Shown here in pieces: positions 51,072 through 59,528 of a stretch of 64,000 nt of DNA. The notes below the pieces were generated by a model. That model was not told where the DNA came from and searched no databases. It saw nothing but the letters and a program-made list of their open reading frames with translations. The DNA is taken from positions 341,393 through 405,392 of the forward strand of contig JABTUM010000002.1 of the NCBI GenBank assembly GCA_015075375.1, written 5' to 3'. The position numbers and the translations under genes were made by a program. This stretch comes from Planctomycetota bacterium (GTDB lineage: Bacteria; Planctomycetota; SZUA-567; H5-PLA8). Numbering within the stretch: the stretch's first letter is position 1; each line of letters starts with the position of its first letter.

Positions 51072-52115
51072 CTAGGTGCCCACGCGCACCGCTTTGCCGG
51101 TCTGCGCCGAACGCTCCACCGCCGCGCTAAAATCCATGTACTTCACACCTTCCTCGAACGAAGGCGTCACCGGGGTACCCTCGCGCACGGCACGCACGAA
51201 ATCGGCTTCCACGGTCCAATGCCGGGCTTCGGCATCGCCGTAGGCCACCTCTTGCGGCGCCTGTCCGGAACGCCCCGCGTAGATCCGGTTGCTGTCCAAG
51301 TCGTAGCGGATCATGCCTGCGGTCCCGAAGGCTTCGACGACGTTCATGCCGCTGTGCAGGGCCAAGCCGCTGAACATGTACGTCGCCTGCATCCCGTTTT
51401 TCATTTCGGCCAGGATACTGATCAGGTCCGGCCGCTCGACCTTTTGAAGTTTCGAGCTTCCGGCCGCTGCCGGGCGCTTGGGCGTCAGGATCTTCGTCTG
51501 CGCCATGACGCGGACGGTCGAGCCGAACCAGCGTTCGACGGGCTCGTTGAGCATCCCCAGCGTCAGCGCGTTGATGCCTTGGAACTTCCGAATCTGCCGC
51601 CAGTAGATCGGCTTGGAACCGTCCAGCAGCCCGCCGTTCATGTGCCGCACGTAAAGCTGAGTCGGCTTGCCGAGCACGCCTTCTTTGATCAGGCGCTGCA
51701 TGACGTAATCGCCCCGGAAGCCCGTGGGCGGCGGGCAGAGCATCGTGACACGCTTCTTGCGCTTGGCGGCTTTGGCCGCGGCGAGCATCGCGTGCGCGTG
51801 CTTCTCGTCCCACGCCATGCGGCTTTCGCAGAGCACGTGCTTGCCGGCCTTCAACGCCGCGACCGTCACGTCGCGGTGCATGTCCGGCCAGGTGCCGATC
51901 ACGATGACATTCAGGTCGGCGCGCGCGACGAGCTTCTTCCAGTCGGTCTCTACTTCGGGAATGCCGAACTCGGCCGCGACCTTGGCGCCCGATTCCCGGG
52001 AGCGGTTGCAGACGGCCACGAACTCGCAACCCGGAAGCTGTTTGAAGTTCGGGATATGCTTGCTGCGGCAGATGCCGCCGGCGCCGACGATGCCAATGCG
52101 CAGAGTGGTGGACAT
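51072..52115 (-). CDS. Gfo/Idh/MocA-family NAD(P)-dependent oxidoreductase
   Basis: N-terminal Rossmann motif IGIVGAGGICRSKHIPNF plus the conserved VLCESRMA region. Confidence 0.85.
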   Translation of the reverse strand: MSTTLRIGIVGAGGICRSKHIPNFKQLPGCEFVAVCNRSRESGAKVAAEFGIPEVETDWKKLVARADLNVIVIGTWPDMHRDVTVAALKAGKHVLCESRMAWDEKHAHAMLAAAKAAKRKKRVTMLCPPPTGFRGDYVMQRLIKEGVLGKPTQLYVRHMNGGLLDGSKPIYWRQIRKFQGINALTLGMLNEPVERWFGSTVRVMAQTKILTPKRPAAAGSSKLQKVERPDLISILAEMKNGMQATYMFSGLALHSGMNVVEAFGTAGMIRYDLDSNRIYAGRSGQAPQEVAYGDAEARHWTVEADFVRAVREGTPVTPSFEEGVKYMDFSAAVERSAQTGKAVRVGT

Positions 52116-52277
52116 GGAACCTCCTTTGGCATGAGTTTCCCGTTTCCGGTTTCGGGTTTCCAGTTAAAGGCGAAAAAATCAAAGCAGCGGACATTTGGAT
52201 GCCGCGGGCCGGTTGGCCGTTCTCCGGAAACCGGAAACCCATCTTTACGTTTTTTCCCCGTCCCGTAACCTCCCCCC

Positions 52278-53585
52278 ATGTCCCGCACACTTTTTTTCCT
52301 CGCCGGCGAAGCCTCGGGCGATCTTCACGGCGGCAAACTCGTCGCGGCGCTTAAGGCGCTCGATCCATCCGTGCGCTGCGTCGGCATGGGCGGTCCGCAG
52401 ATGGCGGCGGCGGGGCTGGAGGTCTTCAAGGACCTCGACGGGATGCAGGTCGTCGGCTTCTGGGAAGTCGCCAAACGCTACGGCTTCTTCAAGCAGGTCT
52501 TTTACCAACTGCTCGACCGCGTGAAGCAGGAAAAGCCCGATGCGCTGATCTGCATCGACTACCCCGGCTTCAACCTGCGCTTCGCGAAAGAAGTGAAGAA
52601 GCTCGGCATACCCTGTCTGTACTACATCGTCCCGCAGGTCTGGGCCTGGAAGCCCAAGCGCGCGGCGAAGATGGCGGAGTTCATCGACCGCGCGTACTGC
52701 GTCTTCGAATTCGAGCCGCCGTTCTTCGATAAATTCAAGTCGCCGCAGCGGGCGATGAAGACGGAGTTCGTGGGGCATCCGATATTGGATTGCCGATTTA
52801 AAATTTCGGATTTCGGATTAGCCGATTTGGATGGATTAAAGTTGGTGTCGTTTCTTCCTGGGTCAAGGTTGGCCGAGTATGTACAGCATTTTTATCCACT
52901 ATTAGGGGCATATAAGAGTGTTAGCGCGAAGTTGTCTATAGGTGGCTGCTTCTTTTCCATACCCAACGGGATAAGCGAAATATCCCCTGAGTTGGTTTCC
53001 ATTAATGCAATGGGCTATGAAGCACATTTGGGAGGGTATTATGGGATAACGAAAGGTGAGTACGAATATGAAATGAGTGTTCGAAAAACTCCCAAGCCCC
53101 ATTTTGTAATCGGTGATAAGGGGTGCATAGCTGGAGGTCCGGAGGAGTTTTTGTCTAAAAGAATGGATAAATTAAAGGTGCTGGCGGATACGCACATAGC
53201 TCACTCTAGTCTGCTTCCGGCCCTCTCCGACTTCTCCGTCGTCAAATCCGGCACCTCCACGCTCGAAGCAGGGCTGCAGGGCAACCCCATGTGCGTCGTC
53301 TACCGCGGCGGGTGGGTCAGTTACTCCATCGCACGAATGCTCGTGGATATCCCTGTCTTCTCGCTCGTGAATATCGTACTCGGCAAGTACGCCGTCCCGG
53401 AACTGCTTCAAAGCGAAGTCAATCCTCAGCGCATCGCCGCCGAGATCGAACGCGGGCTGACCGATCAGAAGTACATCGAGCAGCAGCGCGCGGCGCTGGC
53501 CGAACTGCCGAAGAAACTCGGCGGCCCCGGCGCCTCCAAGCGCGCCGCCGAACGCATGCTCGCGTTCCTCGATGGGCGCGATTAG
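52278..53585 (+). CDS. lpxB: lipid-A-disaccharide synthase, with an atypical AT-rich in-frame central segment
   Basis: The N-terminus FFLAGEASGDLHGG...GMGGPQM is canonical LpxB. The central LPGSR and C-terminal SGTSTLEAGL...CVVYR landmarks are conserved. The protein is about 50 aa longer than E. coli LpxB because of extra sequence in the low-GC region at 52787-53205. Confidence 0.85.
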   Translation: MSRTLFFLAGEASGDLHGGKLVAALKALDPSVRCVGMGGPQMAAAGLEVFKDLDGMQVVGFWEVAKRYGFFKQVFYQLLDRVKQEKPDALICIDYPGFNLRFAKEVKKLGIPCLYYIVPQVWAWKPKRAAKMAEFIDRAYCVFEFEPPFFDKFKSPQRAMKTEFVGHPILDCRFKISDFGLADLDGLKLVSFLPGSRLAEYVQHFYPLLGAYKSVSAKLSIGGCFFSIPNGISEISPELVSINAMGYEAHLGGYYGITKGEYEYEMSVRKTPKPHFVIGDKGCIAGGPEEFLSKRMDKLKVLADTHIAHSSLLPALSDFSVVKSGTSTLEAGLQGNPMCVVYRGGWVSYSIARMLVDIPVFSLVNIVLGKYAVPELLQSEVNPQRIAAEIERGLTDQKYIEQQRAALAELPKKLGGPGASKRAAERMLAFLDGRD

Positions 53586-54217
53586 CAGCCGTCATTAATG
53601 CGATAAAGCAAGTAATCCTCGTTGCACCATTCGTGCGATTCGATGCGGGAATCCGAGAAGTAGCTGTTTGTTTCGTTGTACGCCGGCGTGAGCGTTTCCT
53701 CCTGAACCTGCCCGGTCAAGGTCAGCATGCGGGCGTACACATTTGCGGCGGGTTGCAGGGAGGCGTAGGGAAACGACTGTTCGAGCTTCGCAGACCAGAT
53801 CCCATACGTGGGTTGCGGCGACCACGGCAGCGCCACGTACCGCCCGTTTAATACGTACGGCGAGCGCGAGGCGATGGCGAAGCGAAACATGGGCAGCCGC
53901 CGGATTGCCCGAGCATCCGCGTCCCAGCGCGCGAGGACGTTGGAAAGGCGCAATCGAGCTTCGGCGTCCAGCTCCGCGTGGAGTTGTTCCAAAAGCCTGG
54001 GCCGTGCGACGGGGCCGAGGTAATAGAGGTCTTCCGATGCGCGTTCTCGAACGCTGAAATCGTCCGCGCTCAATTGCTCGGTCAACCGTTCGAACTCGCT
54101 TGAACTGCCCGCCGAATGAAATCCGCAAGCCCGGTATTCTTCGGCAAACCCGCAAAGGGGCAGGCTCAGAAGCGCCGCCACGATTCCGATCCGGGAGGTC
54201 CAGTGGTCTTTAGGCAT
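53582..54217 (-). CDS. secreted hypothetical protein, tandem paralog A
   Basis: Start at MPKDHWTS, with a signal peptide. It shares the pattern EDLYYLGPVARP...EARLRLSNVLARW...RLPMFRF...GRYVALPWSP with the adjacent ORF 54244..54876. Confidence 0.55.
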   Translation of the reverse strand: MPKDHWTSRIGIVAALLSLPLCGFAEEYRACGFHSAGSSSEFERLTEQLSADDFSVRERASEDLYYLGPVARPRLLEQLHAELDAEARLRLSNVLARWDADARAIRRLPMFRFAIASRSPYVLNGRYVALPWSPQPTYGIWSAKLEQSFPYASLQPAANVYARMLTLTGQVQEETLTPAYNETNSYFSDSRIESHEWCNEDYLLYRINDGC

Positions 54218-54243
54218 GGTCGCATACTCCTGTGATCCGCGAA

Positions 54244-54876
54244 CTATTCCGATGCCGCCCAATCTCTCAATAAAACCTGTTCCACTTGCGAGTCCATATC
54301 GCCCCAATCGTTTTGGACGGGATTCATGTCCAAGCGTTGCTGCTGCGGCAGAGCCAGCATGACGGGGCTGGTATCGGACGTCAGTTCGATCAAGCGTGCG
54401 TAGGGATTCGAGCGTTGCAGCCTCACCGCGCTGGATTGGGGCACACCGCCCCACACGTTTCGCGCGGCGTGCTCCGTCGCCGGCGACCACGGCAGTACGG
54501 GGTAGCGCCCGCGGACCACCGGAGGAGCGCTCAACGCGCGGCAAAAGCAGAACAAGGGCAACCGCTGCACCGCCATTCGTTCGAGATTCCAACGCGAAAT
54601 CAGATTGGCTAAGCGCAAACGCGCCTCCGGATCGCCGTTCGATGCGCATTGCCGCTCCAAGATCGGACGAATGACCGGGCCGAGGGATTGCAGCTTCCGG
54701 TTCGCTTCCTCCCGGATTTCGTAGTCCTCGGATGCCAAATCCGGAATAAGCCGCTCCGCCGCCGCGCGCTGGGCCGAAGTGGGCGCGTAGTAGCCGTCGC
54801 CGTCGGCTTCGACGCTTGAAGCGTTCCAGGCACACGCCAACGCCGAAACGGCGCACATCCATACGAGTTTACGCAT
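54244..54876 (-). CDS. secreted hypothetical protein, tandem paralog B
   Basis: Start at MRKLVWMCAVSALA. It shares the pattern EANRKLQSLGPVIRP...EARLRLANLISRW...RLPLFCF...GRYPVLPWSP with paralog A. Confidence 0.55.
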   Translation of the reverse strand: MRKLVWMCAVSALACAWNASSVEADGDGYYAPTSAQRAAAERLIPDLASEDYEIREEANRKLQSLGPVIRPILERQCASNGDPEARLRLANLISRWNLERMAVQRLPLFCFCRALSAPPVVRGRYPVLPWSPATEHAARNVWGGVPQSSAVRLQRSNPYARLIELTSDTSPVMLALPQQQRLDMNPVQNDWGDMDSQVEQVLLRDWAASE

Positions 54877-54959
54877 AACCGCCTCTCCTGGGGTTCGGGT
54901 TCGTCTCCAGGGATAGTAGTCCGTGTTCGGAAACTCGGAAGTAAGGCGTGTGTAAAACC

Positions 54960-55235
54960 TCATGCACGCATGCGAAACGCTTCCCACTCCTCCGGGCTCA
55001 TATTTTTGAAGAAATGGGCGTTGCGCTCGATATAGGCCGCCTCCGCTTCTGGAACGTCCTCGTCACGGAAGATGGCCTGGACCGGACACTCAAACGCGCA
55101 CAGTCCGCAGTCGTTGCACGCATTCGGGTCGATCACAACCTGTTCGCCGGCGTCGTAGAAGCAATCGATGGGGCATACTTTGATGCACGCCAGATCTTTC
55201 ACGCCGATGCAAGCCGAAGTGACGACGTAGGCCAT
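54960..55235 (-). CDS. fdxA: 7Fe (3Fe-4S + 4Fe-4S) ferredoxin, Azotobacter FdxA-type
   Basis: 91 aa with MAYVVTSACIGVKDLACIKVCPIDCFY...CNDCGLCAFECPVQAI, the two-cluster cysteine pattern of 7Fe ferredoxins. Confidence 0.85.
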   Translation of the reverse strand: MAYVVTSACIGVKDLACIKVCPIDCFYDAGEQVVIDPNACNDCGLCAFECPVQAIFRDEDVPEAEAAYIERNAHFFKNMSPEEWEAFRMRA

Positions 55236-55414
55236 GACCGGATCCTTTCGCTAAGCGCCGCGATCTTCTAAGACCGCCTTACCTAACGACAAAGCGAACG
55301 ACAGGCCGGATCGTGCGGGCGTGGAGCGCTCTGCAAGCGGTACCTATGCTTTGAAGGAAGGGGACGGCGGCAGGCATGCAACCGCAGTCATGGGCGTAGG
55401 ATTTGTTGGGGAGT

Positions 55415-55440
55415 AGCGGTTATTTAATTTAAGTAATAAC
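55415..55440. promoter_or_regulatory. AT-rich inverted repeat ggttatt-N10-aataacc, about 180 bp upstream of the ferredoxin start; candidate regulator binding site
   Basis: Seen in the sequence as cggttatttaatttaagtaataacc. It is an isolated AT-rich palindrome in otherwise GC-rich intergenic DNA. Confidence 0.3.
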
Positions 55441-55540
55441 CTGGAATTCGATCCGGTCGCGCGCGTATCGGCCGGAGCCGAAACACGATCGTTGCATCCA
55501 AACGCTCCGATGTCGATCCATTCGAGTCTGGGATGGAGGC

Positions 55541-58345
55541 CTATTTCCCGTCGGGTCCGGCCAGCGAAAGCGTGCAGCGCGCGAGGCTGATCTTATTCTT
55601 TTGCGTCCAGACGCCTAATTGACCGCGCGTCAGCGGGTCCGGATCGTCGATTTCCAGCACGAGTCTGCGGTCGAAATAGAAGCGCAGTTTACGGCCCGAG
55701 CAGTGCGCGGCGACGCTGAACCATGAGTGATGCAGCGCGTGACCTGCGGGCAGTCCGATCCCGCGCGCTTCGCCCAGCGTTTTTCCGTTTTTGGTGACGC
55801 GGCAGCCGTCGCTCTCGCTCAGCACCGTAAATTGATAGCCTTGGCTTAAATCCTTTCCATTCCCGAACAGGACCAAGTCGAGATCGCGTCCTATTTCTTC
55901 GCCGTAGCGCGCGTCGGCGCGCGGGGCCATCAGCGCTTCCACCGCCACCGGCCCGCTGACTTCGTGCTTGTACCAAAGCACCGCATCCTGCCGCGATTCG
56001 CCGCCGTACCAGAGATAATCGGGCGAGCAGCTCCAGCGATTGACCTGGCCCCAGCGCCCGCTTCCCGCGTACCAGTCGGTGACGCGCCCCGCGAACTGAA
56101 AATCCTTCCAGCCCGCCGTGTGCAGCGCCAGATCGCGTGCGGGCGCATGGCCTTGCGGCCACTTCAGCCCGGGCAGGTCCGGACCGGCGGGAAGCGCTAC
56201 GCGCTCCCCATCGGCTTCCAGCGTTCCGCCCGCATACAGCGGCAAGGGAATGTTCAGGCGCGACGGATCGCCCGGATCGGGCGTGAGGAACCACTGCGGC
56301 GCGTAGACGCTCAGCTTCTCGAAGCAGCGCTGGTAGTAGCGGTCCATGCAGCGTTCGGACGATTCCTCGTCCGGGGCCACGTCGCGGCCGGGCGTCAGGA
56401 GGGCCGTATCGACGATGCGCACGTCATCGAAGCACGCATCGCCGGTGATCGCGCAGAGCCCCGTTCGCCCGCGGGCATCGGGCGCGTCGGCGACCTCCAG
56501 GACGCGCGCACCGTCCACGAAGCCTTGGGTTTTTCCGTCACGGCGGAAGAGCGCGAGCCTGCGCCAACCTGCGTAAACAGGAACCTGCGCCGAACCCAGC
56601 GTGCGAACCTTATCCGGATAATGCAGGGCGAGCACTGCTTCGGCGCCGCCTTCGCGCAGCGTGAGGCTCAATTGGCCGCCGTCGGGGGTGCTTTGCCAGA
56701 TGCCGGCCTCACCTGAGAGGAGTTTCACCGCCGCCATGGTGCGGTAATCGCGCCAGGTCTCTTGTCCGGCCGCCGACCATGCCGGTCCCGTAGCGCGGAC
56801 GGCGAAGGCTTCTTCGCCGCCGCCGGCTTCACCAGTGAGCGTGAAGCGGCCGGAAAGCACCTTCCATCCGCCTTTTTCGCCTGGCGTGCGCATGAAGTCG
56901 TCGCTGAGCCGCACCGCCGCGCGGTCGGCGGGCGCATACGCGAAGCGCTCGTACGCGAAGGGATACCGGTCCTGAAGCGCGTCGCGCAGGATGTTCACGA
57001 CGAACGGATCGACTTGCCGTTCGCGCCACATCGCCGCGAAGGCCGCGGGCAGGCCCATGTAGTAGAGCTTGCCGGCGCCGACTTCACGAACCAGCAGCGC
57101 ACCTCCTCTCACGTTGCCGGCGTTGTGCGACGCCTGCCGGCCAAAGATTTGGGCTCCGGGGGCGCGCGTGGCAAGCGGCAGGCCGTTGCAGCGGACGTCC
57201 TCGTGGTAGCTCCGTTCCTTCGGCACGCCGGTGAAGAAACGGGAGTCGTCGGCGAGGAGGAAGCCGCGCTTCCAGTACCCTTGGCGGTTCTCAAGCTGCA
57301 GAAACAGATCCTCGGGATCGTCGCGCTTCTGCGGGGCGCGTTCGTTCGGCAGAATCTCCATCACTACCGTTTTGCCGCTTTTGAGGAAGGCGTACAGCGT
57401 CTGGAAAAGCTTGGTGCTGTTGGCGCGCGGGTCGCTGAGCACCAGAAGGTCGATGTCCTTCAGCTTCTCTGGGTCTTCCAGTTCGTGCTGGTACAGGCGG
57501 ACGTAGGGGATGCCAAGCGATACCAAATGCCCTTCGAATCCGTCGCGGTAGCAGCCCGCGATGCCCGCGACGAACGGCTTGGCGCGCGGCTTTTCCGGCG
57601 GAGGGGCGGGCTCGGGCGGTTGGACCGGCGCCGCTTCCGCCGGAGCTTCGCGCGGCTCCGCAACGGCCGGAGCTTCCGCCTCCGTTCGCGGTTCGGCGGA
57701 CTTCGACTGGACCGGGATCGTTTCGGAAGGCGGCGGCTCGAGTTGGGCCACGGCCGTATCCGGAGCCTGAGTCGGCAAGAGTCCGACGGGAACATAGGCC
57801 GAATCCACGGGCACGAGCGCGAACTGGTCGAGTTTGATCCCGTCCTCGCGGTGGTAAAGCTTGAGCCGCTGCGCACCGGCTTTGAGTTGTACGTCCGGGC
57901 CTTCGACCCAATGCCACGCGTGGTAGGTCCCGTCGTTCCCCAGCACGTGCTGCTCGCCGTCGTCCACGGAGGCGGCCACCGAGTTCGCGCAGCCGTCCGT
58001 CCACCACGCGCGGACCCACAGCGCATAGGTGCCGGAAACGGGAACGTCGAGCATGTACTCCGCGCCGGCCGGCGGCGCGTGTTCGGCCTTGCCCGCTCCC
58101 AGTGGAATGGCCAGTACCGCGCCGTGCGCGGCCTCGCGGTCCGGCTCGAAGACCAGGGGATGGGCGAGCGCTCGCGCGGATTCGGCTTCCCAAACGAGCA
58201 TCGCGGCCGGTGGAACGGGCGGTGCCCCCGCACGGCCGTTGAAGCCCATGACGACCACGGCGGCGGCTAACACCAGGAACGCGACGATCAGGAGTAAACC
58301 GATCCGGCCTATGCCTTTAGGTAGCTTGGACCACGATGCGCGCAT
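55541..58345 (-). CDS. large membrane-anchored protein (about 930 aa) with an N-terminal carbohydrate-binding-like beta-sandwich, a Pro/Ala-rich linker, a ThuA/GATase1-like alpha/beta domain and two LamG/concanavalin-like C-terminal domains
   Basis: Start at MRASWSKLPKGIGRIGLLLIVAFLVLAAAVVVM (TM anchor). Domain calls are by composition and pattern only. No catalytic motif was identified. Confidence 0.6.
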   Translation of the reverse strand: MRASWSKLPKGIGRIGLLLIVAFLVLAAAVVVMGFNGRAGAPPVPPAAMLVWEAESARALAHPLVFEPDREAAHGAVLAIPLGAGKAEHAPPAGAEYMLDVPVSGTYALWVRAWWTDGCANSVAASVDDGEQHVLGNDGTYHAWHWVEGPDVQLKAGAQRLKLYHREDGIKLDQFALVPVDSAYVPVGLLPTQAPDTAVAQLEPPPSETIPVQSKSAEPRTEAEAPAVAEPREAPAEAAPVQPPEPAPPPEKPRAKPFVAGIAGCYRDGFEGHLVSLGIPYVRLYQHELEDPEKLKDIDLLVLSDPRANSTKLFQTLYAFLKSGKTVVMEILPNERAPQKRDDPEDLFLQLENRQGYWKRGFLLADDSRFFTGVPKERSYHEDVRCNGLPLATRAPGAQIFGRQASHNAGNVRGGALLVREVGAGKLYYMGLPAAFAAMWRERQVDPFVVNILRDALQDRYPFAYERFAYAPADRAAVRLSDDFMRTPGEKGGWKVLSGRFTLTGEAGGGEEAFAVRATGPAWSAAGQETWRDYRTMAAVKLLSGEAGIWQSTPDGGQLSLTLREGGAEAVLALHYPDKVRTLGSAQVPVYAGWRRLALFRRDGKTQGFVDGARVLEVADAPDARGRTGLCAITGDACFDDVRIVDTALLTPGRDVAPDEESSERCMDRYYQRCFEKLSVYAPQWFLTPDPGDPSRLNIPLPLYAGGTLEADGERVALPAGPDLPGLKWPQGHAPARDLALHTAGWKDFQFAGRVTDWYAGSGRWGQVNRWSCSPDYLWYGGESRQDAVLWYKHEVSGPVAVEALMAPRADARYGEEIGRDLDLVLFGNGKDLSQGYQFTVLSESDGCRVTKNGKTLGEARGIGLPAGHALHHSWFSVAAHCSGRKLRFYFDRRLVLEIDDPDPLTRGQLGVWTQKNKISLARCTLSLAGPDGK

Positions 58346-58547
58346 TTGCGGGGGATCATCCGGGTGGAAGTCGAAGCAGCTCTTATCCTTTAATGTAACC
58401 CTTGGGACGCTTTTGGGTCGCTTTTCGTTTCCAGATTGGCCGGCCAGCCGGAAAGTCCAGATACTTCGACGCCTTCCTTCATTCCCAAGTGCACCTCGGC
58501 GTGGTTTAGTGAGTCCACTTGATCCGGGAACCGGGAGAGCTCCGCGC

Positions 58548-59474
58548 ATGACCGACGCACTTAAGTTCAATCAGGACTTGGACCTTCTGGATCGTGGCGA
58601 GGCCGCGGTGCTAGGTGGAGGGCTGGCCGGGTTGACGGCGGCGCTGACCCTGGCCGAAGCCGGCATCGAGACTTTGCTCGTCGAAGAGCGCGGGGCCTTG
58701 GGCTGGGAAGTACCTCACGGGCTGGAATTGTACCTCGCCAGCGGGCAGCCGGTGCCGGGCGCGTTGCAGCGCATCGTCGATGCTTTGACCGAACGTAACG
58801 CCTTTCGCGACGGCACGTTGGATCCGGTCGCCTGGGAACTGCTGATGGACGAACTGGTCCAGGCGGCCAAGATTCGGGTGCACTTCCGCGCGCTGGCCGG
58901 CGCGTGCGATGCGGATCGCGGACTGGTGCGACTGACCACGAAATCCGGCCCGCTGGCGGTTCAAGCCAACGTGCTGGTGGATGCCACCGAGAACGCGCGG
59001 CTCGCGCGCAGCGCCGGTGCGAAATTCCAAGGTACGGCCGGGAAAGCCGTTTCGCGGGCCTTCATGGTCTGCGCCGTCGAACCGCCCGCCGCTCCCGAGA
59101 GCTTCGAGATCGAAGGCCTGCGCGAAGTCCTCGTGCGCCCGACGCTCTGGAAGAGCGAGGCGCAAGTCTCGTTCGTCGTCGATTCCGCATCGGCCGATCG
59201 CGCCGAAAGCGAGCAGCGTTTTGCGATCGCCAAGGCCGTCGAAGCTTTGCGCGCCCGCAAGCCTGGGTTCGATAAAGCGAACTTGGCGCTCACCGCCCAC
59301 GAAGCTTTCGCGCTTCAGGTTCCGCGCCTGGAAGCCGCGTCGTTGCACGAAAACCTGCGCGTGGCCGGTCCGAGCGTGCTGGGCCGGAAGCCGAGTCTGC
59401 AGGAACGCGCCCGCTTGGGCGTGGAGGCGGGAACGGCGGCGCTGGAGCGGCTGAAGGCCGCCGTCGCCAAGTAA
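58548..59474 (+). CDS. FAD-dependent oxidoreductase-like protein (short form)
   Basis: Start at MTDALKF. Dinucleotide-binding motif VLGGGLAGLTAALTLAEAG. Confidence 0.6.
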   Translation: MTDALKFNQDLDLLDRGEAAVLGGGLAGLTAALTLAEAGIETLLVEERGALGWEVPHGLELYLASGQPVPGALQRIVDALTERNAFRDGTLDPVAWELLMDELVQAAKIRVHFRALAGACDADRGLVRLTTKSGPLAVQANVLVDATENARLARSAGAKFQGTAGKAVSRAFMVCAVEPPAAPESFEIEGLREVLVRPTLWKSEAQVSFVVDSASADRAESEQRFAIAKAVEALRARKPGFDKANLALTAHEAFALQVPRLEAASLHENLRVAGPSVLGRKPSLQERARLGVEAGTAALERLKAAVAK

Positions 59475-59528
59475 CGTCATTCGTACCAAGGCCACCTACG
59501 AACCGAACTCAACGAGGGAGTCCCGTCC

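Noticed and set aside
52787-53205. Intein inside lpxB.
   Set aside because: The extra segment is only about 50 aa, and there is no Cys/Ser at the N-junction and no His-Asn plus Cys/Ser/Thr C-junction motif. The conserved LPGSR host motif lies inside the AT-rich region, so it is not a clean insertion.
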